Assembly (NCBI GenBank): GCA_963794065.1
Contig: CAWCDA010000012.1
Coordinates: 3,032-67,031 of the forward strand
DNA: 64,000 bases
Reading direction: 5' to 3'
Origin: an uncultured Actinomycetes bacterium
GTDB taxonomy: Bacteria; Actinomycetota; UBA4738; HRBIN12
Position 1 is the first letter of the stretch. Every line of letters begins with the position of its first letter. Position numbers and translations under genes: made by a program. This document shows, one piece after another, positions 39,058 to 48,946 of the stretch. The notes under the pieces were generated by a model that had not been told where the DNA came from, searched no databases, and saw only the letters and a list, made by a program, of their open reading frames with translations.

Positions 39058-39819
39058 TCAGCGCCCCAGATCTCGTTCCACACGCTCGGCCTCGGCTTCG
39101 GCCGCGAGCGCCGCGGATTCCGCCGCCGCGTGGTCGCGCTCGAGACGCTCGACGTGCTCGCGCGCGTCGGCGAGCTGGCGCGCGAGCCGGTCCGCCGCCG
39201 TGCGGCGGCTTGCGGCCGTGGCGCGCGCCTTGTCTCGTTCCTTGCGGAGGCGCGCCGCGTCGCGCGCCGGTCGAGCTTCGCGATCGGCGTCCGTCCCGCC
39301 GCCGGGAAGCAGGGTCAGACCGGAAGTATCGCCGAAGCCCAGGCCCGCGGCGGCAGTCGGCGCCTGCTGGAGCGTGCCGGCGGCGAGCGCGGCGCCCGCG
39401 TCGGCGTCGGTCGAGGCCGTTTCCAGCGCGGTCGCGATCGCGTCGGCCTGCCCGGCGCCGAGCCCGGCCTCCTGGAGGGTCGAGATCGCCGAGTCTCGGG
39501 CACGAGCGACGGCCGCACGTCGCGCGTCCGTGGCCGTTCGAAGGTCCTCGGCCCCCGACGCCTTGCCGGCGACGGCGGCCTGCTGCGCCGCCCGGAGATC
39601 GCGTCCGGCCTCGAACAGGCTTGCGAGCCCATCCGGGTCGCGCGACGCCAGTTGATTCAGCGCCCACACCACGGCGGTCGGCTTGCGCAGTGCCTGCACG
39701 GCGGCCGCCTCGTCGTTGCGATCCTCCTCGCGGAGCCGGGCGACCAGCGCGTTGCGGGCCGCGATGAAGCCGCTCGGCGGAACGCGGAACAGCTCGTCGG
39801 CCTCCGGAGGGAGCGCCAT
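39058..39819 (-). CDS. Conserved-looking helical/coiled-coil hypothetical protein
   Basis: DELF..P..FIAARN, LRKPTAVVWALNQL; TGATG overlap with the GNAT gene. Confidence 0.8.
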   Translation of the reverse strand: MALPPEADELFRVPPSGFIAARNALVARLREEDRNDEAAAVQALRKPTAVVWALNQLASRDPDGLASLFEAGRDLRAAQQAAVAGKASGAEDLRTATDARRAAVARARDSAISTLQEAGLGAGQADAIATALETASTDADAGAALAAGTLQQAPTAAAGLGFGDTSGLTLLPGGGTDADREARPARDAARLRKERDKARATAASRRTAADRLARQLADAREHVERLERDHAAAESAALAAEAEAERVERDLGR

Positions 39820-40328
39820 CACCAGCTCCATTCCAGCCGAAGCACGTCCGGCAGGACGGAGGGGTCGCCGAGCACCATGATCAGATCCTCGCCCTCCCAG
39901 GCGTCTTCCTCGACGACCACGCGCGCCTGATCGAGCGCTCGCCAGCCCAGACCACCGTAGAACGGCTCCATCTCCTTGTCGCAGAACAGCATCCCGATGT
40001 CGAATGATCGCTCCTGGATGTGTTCGGCCGCCCGGCGCAGCAGCGCCGAGGCGTGCCCCTGACCACGGAAGTGCGGATACGTGAGCACGCCGCTGACGCC
40101 GCCGATCAGGAGGGTCCGCCCGTCGACCTCCTTCTCGATGCGGAAGACACGCACGTGACTCACGAGGAGGTTCCCCGCGGCCCGGACGAAGTGCACCGAG
40201 CCTGGCCCCTCGTGCACCCGATCACGGAAGGGCTCGTCGCCGCCCCAGGCGATGCGCATGAACGCGAGCGCCTGGATCTCGAGCTCGCGGGGCAGGTCGG
40301 GCCACGGGTAGGCATGTTCGGTGATCAC
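39819..40328 (-). CDS. GNAT-family acetyltransferase
   Basis: GVLTYPHFRGQGHAS acetyl-CoA motif, FYGGLGW. Confidence 0.88.
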   Translation of the reverse strand: MITEHAYPWPDLPRELEIQALAFMRIAWGGDEPFRDRVHEGPGSVHFVRAAGNLLVSHVRVFRIEKEVDGRTLLIGGVSGVLTYPHFRGQGHASALLRRAAEHIQERSFDIGMLFCDKEMEPFYGGLGWRALDQARVVVEEDAWEGEDLIMVLGDPSVLPDVLRLEWSW

Positions 40329-40410
40329 CCATCCGAGTCTCGACCACCCGGTGGACTGCGGCAACCGTCGTTCCTTGCAGGGCTGTCGGAACGGGCCTAC
40401 GCTCGAGCCC

Positions 40411-40941
40411 ATGTTGGCGACCGACTGGACCGTGCTGGTGTTCCGATTGATCCACATCACCGCGGGCGTCTGGTGGGTTGGCTCGGTCTACCTGTTCGTC
40501 GTGTTCATCCAGCCGAGCGCGCAGAGCGTCGGGCCGGCGGGCGCTCCGTTCATGACGGAGCTCGTCGCGAAACGCAAGCTCCCGAACACGGCTCCTCGAG
40601 CTCGCGGGGGTCACGATCGTCGCCGGCCTCGTCCTGTATTGGATCGACTGGCACGATGCAGCGAGCCTGGGTGACTTCGCGAAACAGGGGTTCGGACTGG
40701 GGATCACGCTGGGCGCGCTGAGCGCGATCACCGCGTTCCTGATCGGCTTGCTCGCGACGCGGCCAACCGCAAGCCGGTTCATGGCCCTGGCCGGCGAGGT
40801 GGCCGCCTCCGGCGGCCCGCCGTCGCCGAGGTGGGTCAGCGGCTGCAACAGCTCCAGGCCAAGCTCACCACGTACGCGAAGCTCAACCTGGTGTTCGTCA
40901 CGATCGCCGTGATCTGCATGGGCACCGCTCGCTACTGGTAG
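40411..40941 (+). CDS. Four-TM membrane protein (CopD/DUF2269-like); two apparent compensating frameshifts near 40590 and 40828
   Basis: RLIHITAGVWWVG; continues in other frames as LAGVTIVAGLVLYW and VICMGTARYW, stop at 40941. Confidence 0.7.
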
Positions 40942-40945
40942 CTCA

Positions 40946-41029
40946 GCTGCCTGGCGGCCCCGAAAGCAACCCCGAGGGGTACTCTTCCACGTAGTTCCTG
41001 GGTAGGGGCGAACCGCCGTGTCTGGCAGC
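40946..41029. ncRNA. Candidate structured RNA, family not identified
   Basis: Nested pairings GCTGCC/GGCAGC, TGGCGG/CCGCCG, CCCC/GGGG, ACCC/GGGT in an intergenic region. Confidence 0.35.
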
Positions 41030-41040
41030 GATCCGGGCCG

Positions 41041-41069
41041 TTGTGCCATCGGCTGGATTTGTGCCATCG
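41041..41069 (+). promoter_or_regulatory. 11-bp direct repeat, candidate regulator site
   Basis: TTGTGCCATCG at 41041 and 41059, upstream of the sugar ABC operon. Confidence 0.45.
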
Positions 41070-41121
41070 CGGCGAACGTCGCACATTAGGCGGACGGAAG
41101 AAGCACTGGAGGAGGAACCAT

Positions 41122-42345
41122 ATGTCAGAGTTCCGCAGGCCACTGGCAGCAGTCGTTGCACTGGTGGCGTTTTCGCTTGTCTTGGCAGCATGTAGTAACT
41201 CGTCGAGCTCCTCGTCGACCGCTTCGTCGTCCGGCAGCGGAGAGGTGCCGCAGATCAACGCCGCGGACTTCACCGCCGACTTCGCGGTGATGCAGCAGCT
41301 GACAGGTCTTGCGGCGCAGGGTAGCGGGCTTGTCGGGGTGCTCCTGCCCGACACCACGACCTCGACGCGATACGTCCAGTACGACGCGCCGTTCCTGGCG
41401 AAGGCGTTCGAAGCCGCGGGGCTGACCCCCGATCAGTACAAGATCGACAACGCCCACGGCAGCGTGCAGACGATGCAGACCCAGGCCGACGCCGACATCA
41501 ACGCCGGCGCGTCCGTGCTCCTGATCGATCCCATCGACCCCGGCAGCGGCGCGGCGATCGAGTCCAAGGCCGAGTCGCAGGGCGTCGCGGTGATCGACTA
41601 CGACCGGTTGGTCACCGGCGGTCCCGCGGACCGCTACTACGTCAGCTTCAACAACGTGCAGGTCGGCGAGCTGATCGGCAAGGGCGAGGTCGACTGCATA
41701 GACGCGTGGAAGGTGCAGGACCCGAGCCTGCTGATCATGGACGGAGCCCCGACGGACAACAACGCGAAGCTGTTCGCGCAGGGCTACAACTCGGTGCTCG
41801 ATCCGCTCTTCAGCGACAAGACCTATACGAAGGTCGGCGAGCCCGCCGGCACGTGGGATCCGCCGACCGCGGCGACCACGTTCGAGCAGCAGTTCACAGC
41901 GCACCCGGAGATCAACGCGGTCGTGACGCCGAACGACGACAACGCGAACGCAGTGATCTCGATCCTGAAGAAGAACAACATCCAGCCGAACACGTTCCCC
42001 ACCACGGGCCAGGACGCGTCTCCGGTCGGCCTGCAGAACATCCTGCTGGGCTACCAGTGCGGGACCGTCTACAAGCCGTTCCACGCGGAGGCCCAGGCCG
42101 CCGCCGCACTCGCGCTCTACCTTCGGGCGGGCGTCACGCCACCCTCGACCTTGGTGAACTCGACAACCAAGGACGATGAGATCGGCAAGGACATCCCATC
42201 GGTGTACACCGTGCCGGTGTGGGTGCAGACCGACGGCGTGGCCGACGTGCTGGCCGACTCCGAGACGACGGGCGTGGGCCCGACGGCGAAGGATGTCTGC
42301 ACCGGTCAGGTGCAGAGCGCCTGCCAGGCCGCGGGGATAAGCTAG
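41122..42345 (+). CDS. xylF: Sugar (xylose-type) ABC transporter binding lipoprotein
   Basis: GGAGGAGG RBS, lipobox LAAC, LLPDT..S.RY, YDRL, TGQDA, TVYKP. Confidence 0.85.
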   Translation: MSEFRRPLAAVVALVAFSLVLAACSNSSSSSSTASSSGSGEVPQINAADFTADFAVMQQLTGLAAQGSGLVGVLLPDTTTSTRYVQYDAPFLAKAFEAAGLTPDQYKIDNAHGSVQTMQTQADADINAGASVLLIDPIDPGSGAAIESKAESQGVAVIDYDRLVTGGPADRYYVSFNNVQVGELIGKGEVDCIDAWKVQDPSLLIMDGAPTDNNAKLFAQGYNSVLDPLFSDKTYTKVGEPAGTWDPPTAATTFEQQFTAHPEINAVVTPNDDNANAVISILKKNNIQPNTFPTTGQDASPVGLQNILLGYQCGTVYKPFHAEAQAAAALALYLRAGVTPPSTLVNSTTKDDEIGKDIPSVYTVPVWVQTDGVADVLADSETTGVGPTAKDVCTGQVQSACQAAGIS

Positions 42346-42360
42346 CCGCAATAACGACGC

Positions 42361-42392
42361 TGACCGGGCCGCCGACATCGGCGGCCCGGTCA
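42361..42392 (+). terminator. 14-bp intra-operon hairpin after the binding-protein gene
   Basis: TGACCGGGCCGCCG-ACAT-CGGCGGCCCGGTCA. Confidence 0.75.
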
Positions 42393-42415
42393 CGCGTGGT
42401 TCGCACGACTGGAGG

Positions 42416-43238
42416 ATCGCGACGGGCGACGTCATCACGGATTCCCGGGCTCCCGACGAGGTCGAGCACGCCGGCCCGCTCCTACGCCTGGAGGGCATCG
42501 GTAAGCGGTTCGGCGCGGTCCAGGCGCTGTCGAACATCGATCTGGAGATCCCCGCCGGCCAGGTGACCGCGCTTGCGGGTGACAACGGCGCCGGCAAGTC
42601 GGTCCTGATCAAGTGCATCTCGGGGATCCACGCACCCGACAGCGGCCAGATGTGGTGGGCGGCCGAGCGGGTCGACATCCATACGCCGCGCGCCGCCGCC
42701 GCGCTCGGGATCGAGACCGTCTATCAGGACCTCGCGCTGTGCGACAACCTGGACATCGTTCAGAACATGTTCCTCGGACGCGAGCGGGTGCGCTGAGCGG
42801 TCGCTGGACGAGGAGTCGATGGAGCAGGCCGCGAAAGAGACGCTCTCCAGTCTCGCGGTCACCACCGTGCGGTCGGTGCGCCAGCCGGTCGCATCGTTGT
42901 CCGGTGGCCAGCGGCAGTCGGTCGCGATCGCGAAAGCCGTCCTGTGGAACTCCAAGCTCGTCATCATGGACGAGCCGACCGCCGCGTTGGGCGTCGCCCA
43001 GACCGCCATGGTGTTGCAGCTCGTGCGGAGGCTGGCGGATCGGGGCCTCGCCGTCCTGATCGTGTCCCACAACATGAACGACGTCTTCCAGGTGGCCGAT
43101 CGGGTCGCGGTGCTGCATCTCGGGAAGATGGCCGCTGTACGCCCCATCGGGGAGATCGACACCCAGATCGTCGTCGACCTGATGACCACCGGTGTCTCGA
43201 CGCGGGAGCAAACGAACGGGGAGACGACGGAGCGATGA
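42416..43238 (+). CDS. Sugar ABC transporter ATP-binding protein; start uncertain, apparent frameshift near 42792
   Basis: GDNGAGKS, YQDLAL, then LSGGQRQ, MDEPT, VSHN in the next frame. Confidence 0.85.
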
Positions 43239-44519
43239 CCACCGTCGACGAGCCGGTCCCGACCCCCGACGCGGAGCAGGACGTGGAGCTCGACCCGACG
43301 AGCGTTCCCTCCGAGCTCGTCGCGAACTCGGTCGGTGAGTACCTGAAGGCGTCGTTCGCGCGGATGCGTGGCGGGGAGACCGGCATCCTGCCGGTCGTGG
43401 CCGGCCTGTTGCTGGTGTCGATCCTGTTCCAGGCGATGAACGACCACTTCCTGACGGCGGGGAACCTGGTCAACCTGTTGGTCCAGGGGGCGGTCTTTTC
43501 GCTGCTGGCGATGGGCGAGGTCTATGCGCTGTTGCTGGGCGAGATCGACCTCTCGATCGGCTACGTCGCCGGGCTCAGCGCCGTCGTGATCGCCGAGCTC
43601 GCCAAGCCCACGGTCGGGTGGCCGTGGTGGGCCGCGATCGCAGCCGGACTGGTGGTCTGCGCCCTGATCGGGCTGCTGTGGGGAACGATCATCACCAGGA
43701 TCGGGCTGCCCTCGTTCATCGTGACGCTCGCCGGCCTGCTGTTCCTCCAAGGAGTCATGATCCGGATTCTGGGCGACGGCGGCACGGTCTTGGTGCAGAG
43801 CAACGTCATCAACGACATCTCGAGCGGGAACCTGTCGAGGGCGGCGGGATGGATCGTGATGCTCGTGATCGTCGGCGCCTTCGGGATCATGACCTGGCGT
43901 CGTGACGCCCGACGGCGTACGGCGGGTCTCACCGCGCCCCCGCCGACGCTGACGCTGGCCAAGATCGTGGCCGTGTTGGTGTTCGGTGTGTTGATCGTGC
44001 TGCTCTGCAACACGAACCGAGGGATCAGGACGCCCGTGTACGGGGTGCCGTGGGTCGTGCTGGTGGTACTCGCCGTACTCGTCTCGTGGACCTATCTGCT
44101 CGGCAGGACGCGCTTCGGACGCTACGTGTACGCGATCGGTGGCAACGCGGAGGCCGCCCGGCGCGCAGGCATCCCGTTGGCGCGGATCCGCACGATCTCC
44201 TTCATGTTGGTGTCGTTCACCGCCGGGATCGCCGGTGTGGCCTACCTTTCGCGTGGGCGCTCGATCTCGACCGCGTTCGACGGAGGCACCCTCGTGCTCT
44301 ACGCGGTGGCCGCCGCCGTCATCGGCGGTACCAGCCTCTTCGGGGGCCGCGGCAAGGCCGTGTCCGGCGTGCTGGGCGGCATCGTGATCGCGGCGATCTA
44401 CAACGGTATGGGCCTGGTCGGGTTCGACGCGTCGACCCAGTTCGATGGTCACCGCCCTCGTGCTTCTCGGGGCGGTCACGATCGACGCGCTTTCCCGCCG
44501 CAACCGACCCACCAGATAG
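43235..44519 (+). CDS. xylH: Sugar ABC transporter permease; apparent frameshift near 44444
   Basis: GEIDLSIG, PSFIVTLAG, YAIGGNAEAARRAG, VIGGTSLFGGRG; corrected tail MVTALVLLGAVTIDALSRR. Confidence 0.85.
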
Positions 44520-44525
44520 CCCGCG

Positions 44526-45725
44526 TCACGCCGCGGTCCGGTGGAACTCGAAGTGGTTCCCGTCGGGCACGATCCACGTGCCGCCCCACTGGAACCCCCA
44601 CCTGGCCAGGATGCGCACCAGCCGCGGGTCCTGATGCGGCGTCTGCCCCCGGTAGTTGGTGGCGAGGTTCACGTCGAAGGCGATGCCCCACGAGTGGTAC
44701 GAGAGCATGTTCTCGTCGCTCCAGCCGATGTGGCGTGGCACGAAGCACCCGTTGAACGAACGCACTGTCCGAGACAAGCCGGCGGCCGCCACTGCGGTCA
44801 TGGCGCGGCGCAACTGGTCGACGATGCCGATGTTGCAGGTGACCCGGCCGAGGACCGGCAGCCGCGTAGTGACCAGGTGCGATGACATCCACTCGGGATC
44901 GATCTCGATGGTGCCAGGCGTGGCACCGGGACGCGCCGCGAACTCACCGAACAGGCTCTTGACGATGACCGGCGGGAGCACGGCGTCTCCGGCCCGGAAG
45001 AACGGCGTCTGGCCGGGCGCGCGCACCTGCACGGCACGGTTCACGCCGAGTGCCGTCGGCAACAACGGCTCTAGCCGCGTTCGGAAAGCGGGTGCCGTCA
45101 TCCGACGGCCCGCGGCAGGCTGGACGAGCGCGTATCGGTCGTGCATGATCCCGATGCTCGCGCCGGTCCGTTTCGAAACCACGAGCTCGGCGGCACCGAG
45201 CAGCTCGTCCGGCAGGACGGCCGCGATCCGGATGCGGCGATCGCCGATCGCCAGCACGGCGCCGGGACCGAGCCCACGCAGTCCCGCCGACGTCGCGCCG
45301 AGGATCGCCTGGCCGTCGGCGAGCGCGGCAACGCGCGCCCGGTCGGCCGGCGGGACGAACGTGGCGAAGGTGGCGGGATCGACCGCGGCGGCATCTATGG
45401 GGATCCGATACGTGGGCGGCGGATCGTCGACGAGTTCGCCGGCCGCGCTCCAGGATCGGCGGAGCCAGACGTCGTCCTCCGCGACGACGGTCGTGGCCGC
45501 GACCTTTGCCATCCTGTCGATCCGGGCCGCGAACCCGGCCGGGAGCCCCCGCGGGACCCAGACGAGGAAGGTCGAGGGCGCCGCGGCGTCCGACACGGGG
45601 ATGGCCTCGGCGCGCGCGGGCAGCTCGGGGGCCTCTGTGCCCGGCTGGACGGCGATGGTCACCGTCGCGCCGGCCAGGAGACCGACGCAGGCCACCGCGG
45701 CGATCAGGCCCCATCGCCGCATCAT
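44526..45725 (-). CDS. M15-family zinc peptidase with N-terminal anchor and MacB-periplasmic-like region
   Basis: PR..SYHSWGIAFD, WGG.W..PDGNHFE; ATGA overlap with the anti-sigma gene. Confidence 0.85.
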   Translation of the reverse strand: MMRRWGLIAAVACVGLLAGATVTIAVQPGTEAPELPARAEAIPVSDAAAPSTFLVWVPRGLPAGFAARIDRMAKVAATTVVAEDDVWLRRSWSAAGELVDDPPPTYRIPIDAAAVDPATFATFVPPADRARVAALADGQAILGATSAGLRGLGPGAVLAIGDRRIRIAAVLPDELLGAAELVVSKRTGASIGIMHDRYALVQPAAGRRMTAPAFRTRLEPLLPTALGVNRAVQVRAPGQTPFFRAGDAVLPPVIVKSLFGEFAARPGATPGTIEIDPEWMSSHLVTTRLPVLGRVTCNIGIVDQLRRAMTAVAAAGLSRTVRSFNGCFVPRHIGWSDENMLSYHSWGIAFDVNLATNYRGQTPHQDPRLVRILARWGFQWGGTWIVPDGNHFEFHRTAA

Positions 45726-47644
45726 GAGGAGGACCTGGTCATCGACGCGGCGATGGCCACCAGCACGCCGAGCCCGACATCGCCCTGCAGCGATCGGGTC
45801 GAGCCGCCGGCCTCCCACTCCAGGAGCCCGTCGCTCGGCGTCCAGCGCCCGGTGGTGCTCCCGATCGCGACGAGCACCTGGTCCGGCGCCGTGCTGTGCG
45901 GCGCCGCGGCCGGTCGGGACACATGCAGCGTGATCGGCGACCCTGCGGTGTCGGTCTCGCGCTGACGGAACGCGATCGTCGTCGCGACGGCCGAGCGATG
46001 GTCGAGGGTCCGGGTGGCGCTGGCGATCACGTAGCCGGCGGGCAAGCCGTCCGGGAGCGACGCGAGCCCCACATCGCCCAACGCCTCAGCGGGCGGGACC
46101 TGCTCGATCGTGAGCGCTCCGGCGCGCGCGGATCGCCAGGCTTCCGGGAGCGGTCGCGCACGGACCGGCAGCGTTGCGGCGATCGACAGCAACTCATCGC
46201 GTGGCAGGTTCGTCTCGAGGAAGAGGTCGGTCCCTCCTGCGTGGATCGCGAGACGCCGTCCGAGTCCGTCGCCGGCGGGTTCGTAGAGCGCCGCACCGCC
46301 TCCGGGCAGCTCGATCCGCTGCGCGGTGGCGTCGATGGGCCCGAACGGGCCCGGCCCGGTCCAGGACGGGTCCTCGCTGATCCGCAGGTAGTCGAGGCCC
46401 GCGGTGTACACGAGCACCGAGCTGGGGGAGGCCGGTCCCTCGTTCGTCGGCGCGATCACCGACGTCAGATCAAGTTGCCCCGTGTCGCCAGGGATCGCCG
46501 GGGCGTAGCCGAGACGGCGCGCCGCGTCCGCGAGCGGCACTTCCACCGATGGCTCAGCGCCGGCGATCGAGAACAGGGAGGGATCGGGTGGCTCGCTCGA
46601 GACCGACTGCAGGTTCACGTCCATGATCGCGGTGTCGGGTCGTTCGTGCGCCAGCCCGAAGCGCATCTCCCAGGCTCGACGCGCCGGATCGGTCGACGGG
46701 AAGACCTCGAACCGCACGGGATACCACCCGGCGGCGTCCAGCCACAGCACGACCCGGTCTCCTTCGAACATCGGGCGCCACGTGCCGCCGAGCCGCAGGA
46801 ACGGGAACAGCGGAGCGGCGCGGGCGAAGGAGAGCTCGACGCGCTCGGTCGTGTGCCCGTCCATGTCCTCCCGGCCGACCACCGTGACGCCGTCCGTCGA
46901 TCCGAAGGTCGCGAGCGGCACGATCAGATCGGCCGGCAACGGTGCGGCCGCGGAGTAGGCAGACGAGCGCGAGATGATCGTCCGGGTCGTCGGGCAGTCG
47001 GCCGGGGGGAGCGTGGCCGGGCACCCGGTCGGCCCGGACTGATAGGTGGCGGGCATGTCTTCTATGTAGGTGAGGTCGGTCGGCGTCCAGGCCGGGGACG
47101 GGTATGCGGTCAGGTCGCGAACGTCCAGCCGGAATCGCTGCGGTGCCAGGAAGGCGACATCCATCCGGAGCTGTCGATCCGGCACGGACTGGTCCAATCC
47201 GTGCTCGTCGATCAGGTAGGTCCCGCTGAAGGCGCTCACCGACGGCGCGGCGGCACGGATCGCCTGCGCGATGGATGCGGCGGACGCCACGGGCGGCCCG
47301 GCGCGCCAGGGGCCGCCGACGACGAGGGTCCCGACGAGCATGCCGGCGATCGCGGCAGCGATCGCCGGCATGAGGCCACGGTGCAACCTCGGACGGCGCA
47401 CGTGGCTGCGCGCTCCGCGCGCCGCCTCGTGCGCCACCCCGGCCATGATCGCCTCGGTGAGATCGGGCACCCGCTCCGCCGGCCGGATCCGCACCGCGGT
47501 CCGGACGCGCGCCGATCGGTCCTCGAAGGTGCGGCACGTCGCACAGGTCGCGAGGTGGGCCTCGACCCCGGCCCGCTGCACCGAGGAGAGGTGCCCTCCG
47601 TCCATCCGCGCGGACACGAGCGGCTGCACGTGGCGGCAGTTCAC
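45722..47644 (-). CDS. Zinc-binding (zf-HC2) anti-sigma factor with large LolA-like extracytoplasmic region
   Basis: C..V..L.SA.MDG...HLATCATC, one TM, F.AP.RFRLD, LWLD. Confidence 0.85.
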   Translation of the reverse strand: MNCRHVQPLVSARMDGGHLSSVQRAGVEAHLATCATCRTFEDRSARVRTAVRIRPAERVPDLTEAIMAGVAHEAARGARSHVRRPRLHRGLMPAIAAAIAGMLVGTLVVGGPWRAGPPVASAASIAQAIRAAAPSVSAFSGTYLIDEHGLDQSVPDRQLRMDVAFLAPQRFRLDVRDLTAYPSPAWTPTDLTYIEDMPATYQSGPTGCPATLPPADCPTTRTIISRSSAYSAAAPLPADLIVPLATFGSTDGVTVVGREDMDGHTTERVELSFARAAPLFPFLRLGGTWRPMFEGDRVVLWLDAAGWYPVRFEVFPSTDPARRAWEMRFGLAHERPDTAIMDVNLQSVSSEPPDPSLFSIAGAEPSVEVPLADAARRLGYAPAIPGDTGQLDLTSVIAPTNEGPASPSSVLVYTAGLDYLRISEDPSWTGPGPFGPIDATAQRIELPGGGAALYEPAGDGLGRRLAIHAGGTDLFLETNLPRDELLSIAATLPVRARPLPEAWRSARAGALTIEQVPPAEALGDVGLASLPDGLPAGYVIASATRTLDHRSAVATTIAFRQRETDTAGSPITLHVSRPAAAPHSTAPDQVLVAIGSTTGRWTPSDGLLEWEAGGSTRSLQGDVGLGVLVAIAASMTRSSS

Positions 47645-48162
47645 CTCGTGGCCTCCTCGTCGCCGGCGATAGCGAGGCAGAGCGCCCGGCGGGCGCGAAA
47701 CATGCGGCTCTTCACGGTGCCCACCGCCACGCCGAGCACGTCGGACGCCTCCTGATAGGACAGGCCGAACACCTCGACCAACAGGAAGGCTTCCCGATGC
47801 TCCATGGAGACCGCCGCGAGCGCCGCTTCCAGCTCGACGCGGGCGCTCGGATCGGCCGTGGTGCGGGCCGCCGGCTCCGCGTCCGTGGGTGCGACGCGGT
47901 GCGCGCGCAGGGCGTCCATCGCGCAGTTACGCGCGATCGCGAACAGCCACGAGCCGAAGCGCTGCTCGCCCCGGTAGCCACGGATGAACCGGAACGCGCG
48001 CAGAAACGCGTCCTGTGTGACATCCTCCGCGAGGGTGCGGTCGCGCGTGAGGTGCCAGGCGAAACGGTAGACCTCGCCCTGATAGGTGCGCACCAATTCC
48101 TCGAAGGCGTGCAGATCGCCCGCGCGTGCGCGTTGCACCGTGCGTGGATCCGGATCGTGCAT
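47641..48162 (-). CDS. ECF sigma factor (alternative GTG start at 48189)
   Basis: AEDVTQDAF, WLFAIARN, LSYQEA..LGVAVGTVKSR. Confidence 0.93.
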   Translation of the reverse strand: MHDPDPRTVQRARAGDLHAFEELVRTYQGEVYRFAWHLTRDRTLAEDVTQDAFLRAFRFIRGYRGEQRFGSWLFAIARNCAMDALRAHRVAPTDAEPAARTTADPSARVELEAALAAVSMEHREAFLLVEVFGLSYQEASDVLGVAVGTVKSRMFRARRALCLAIAGDEEATR

Positions 48163-48220
48163 CCGGCCCCCCTCAGTGGCTTCCGCCACGACAGCCTAGA
48201 CGTGTCCGCGTCACGCCGTA

Positions 48221-48286
48221 CCGACCGGTTCCTGTCCCGGAAAGTTCCCTCGCGCCCCGGAACTTCCCGCGGTCTGGCCCGGTCTG
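48221..48286. promoter_or_regulatory. Mirrored ECF-type promoters
   Basis: Minus GGAACTT-N16-GTCGG (48248-48221); plus GGAACTT-N16-GTCTG (48259-48286). Confidence 0.75.
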
Positions 48287-48316
48287 TCGACTGAGGCGGC
48301 GGACAAGGGGGGCGGC

Positions 48317-48937
48317 ATGCGTGGATGGAGACGAGGTGCGATCTGGTCGGCGATCGTGGTCGCGACGGTGGCGGCGGTCGCCTTCCCCGGCGGCGCCGCC
48401 GTTGCGAGCGGTGGCGGGGGATGCGGTCGACCGGTGAGCGATGCGCGCGGCGACACCGTGCGGATCCGAGACTTCTGCTTCGGCCCGACGATCCTTCGGG
48501 TGCACCCGGGCGCCGAGGTTCGGTTCCTCAACGCGGACAGCACGCCGCACACCGTGATGGGCGCGAACGCGTCGTGGGGCTCGTTCCGCCAGCTCAACGT
48601 CGGGAAGCACATCACGTATCGGTTCACGCGCCCGGGGATCTATCCCTACGTGTGCACCTGGCATCCGGGCATGGTCGGCGCCGTCGTGGTCGGTGGCGGG
48701 CCGAGGATGGCGACCGGTGTCTCGACGACCGCCAGCGGGCCCGTCGTCCAGGTCCTTCCCCAGCCGCGGATCGAGCCGGGGATCGCCGCCGCGCCGGCGA
48801 TCGGCGGCACGGCCGAGCCCGCACCGGTCTCCGCCGGGTGGGTCGCGCCGTGGCAGGCGATCGCGCTCGCTCTGCTCGCACTGCTGGTGTTCGCGGCCGT
48901 GGCATTGGAACGGCACCGTCGCTCCACCGCCGTGTAG
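48317..48937 (+). CDS. Secreted, C-terminally anchored cupredoxin (type 1 copper)
   Basis: Signal peptide, F.P..L, PHTV, YVCTWHPGM (His, Cys, His, Met ligands), C-terminal TM. Confidence 0.88.
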   Translation: MRGWRRGAIWSAIVVATVAAVAFPGGAAVASGGGGCGRPVSDARGDTVRIRDFCFGPTILRVHPGAEVRFLNADSTPHTVMGANASWGSFRQLNVGKHITYRFTRPGIYPYVCTWHPGMVGAVVVGGGPRMATGVSTTASGPVVQVLPQPRIEPGIAAAPAIGGTAEPAPVSAGWVAPWQAIALALLALLVFAAVALERHRRSTAV

Positions 48938-48946
48938 CGTCGTGGA

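Noticed and set aside
40946-41029. HDV-like ribozyme, glycine riboswitch, group II intron remnant or HEARO RNA
   Set aside because: Only short motif resemblances (TTCCACGT, GCGAA, CCCCTACCC); required helix order and conserved cores not found
44526-45725. Vancomycin resistance gene (vanY/vanX)
   Set aside because: M15 motif only; no van ligase, dehydrogenase or VanRS in the window
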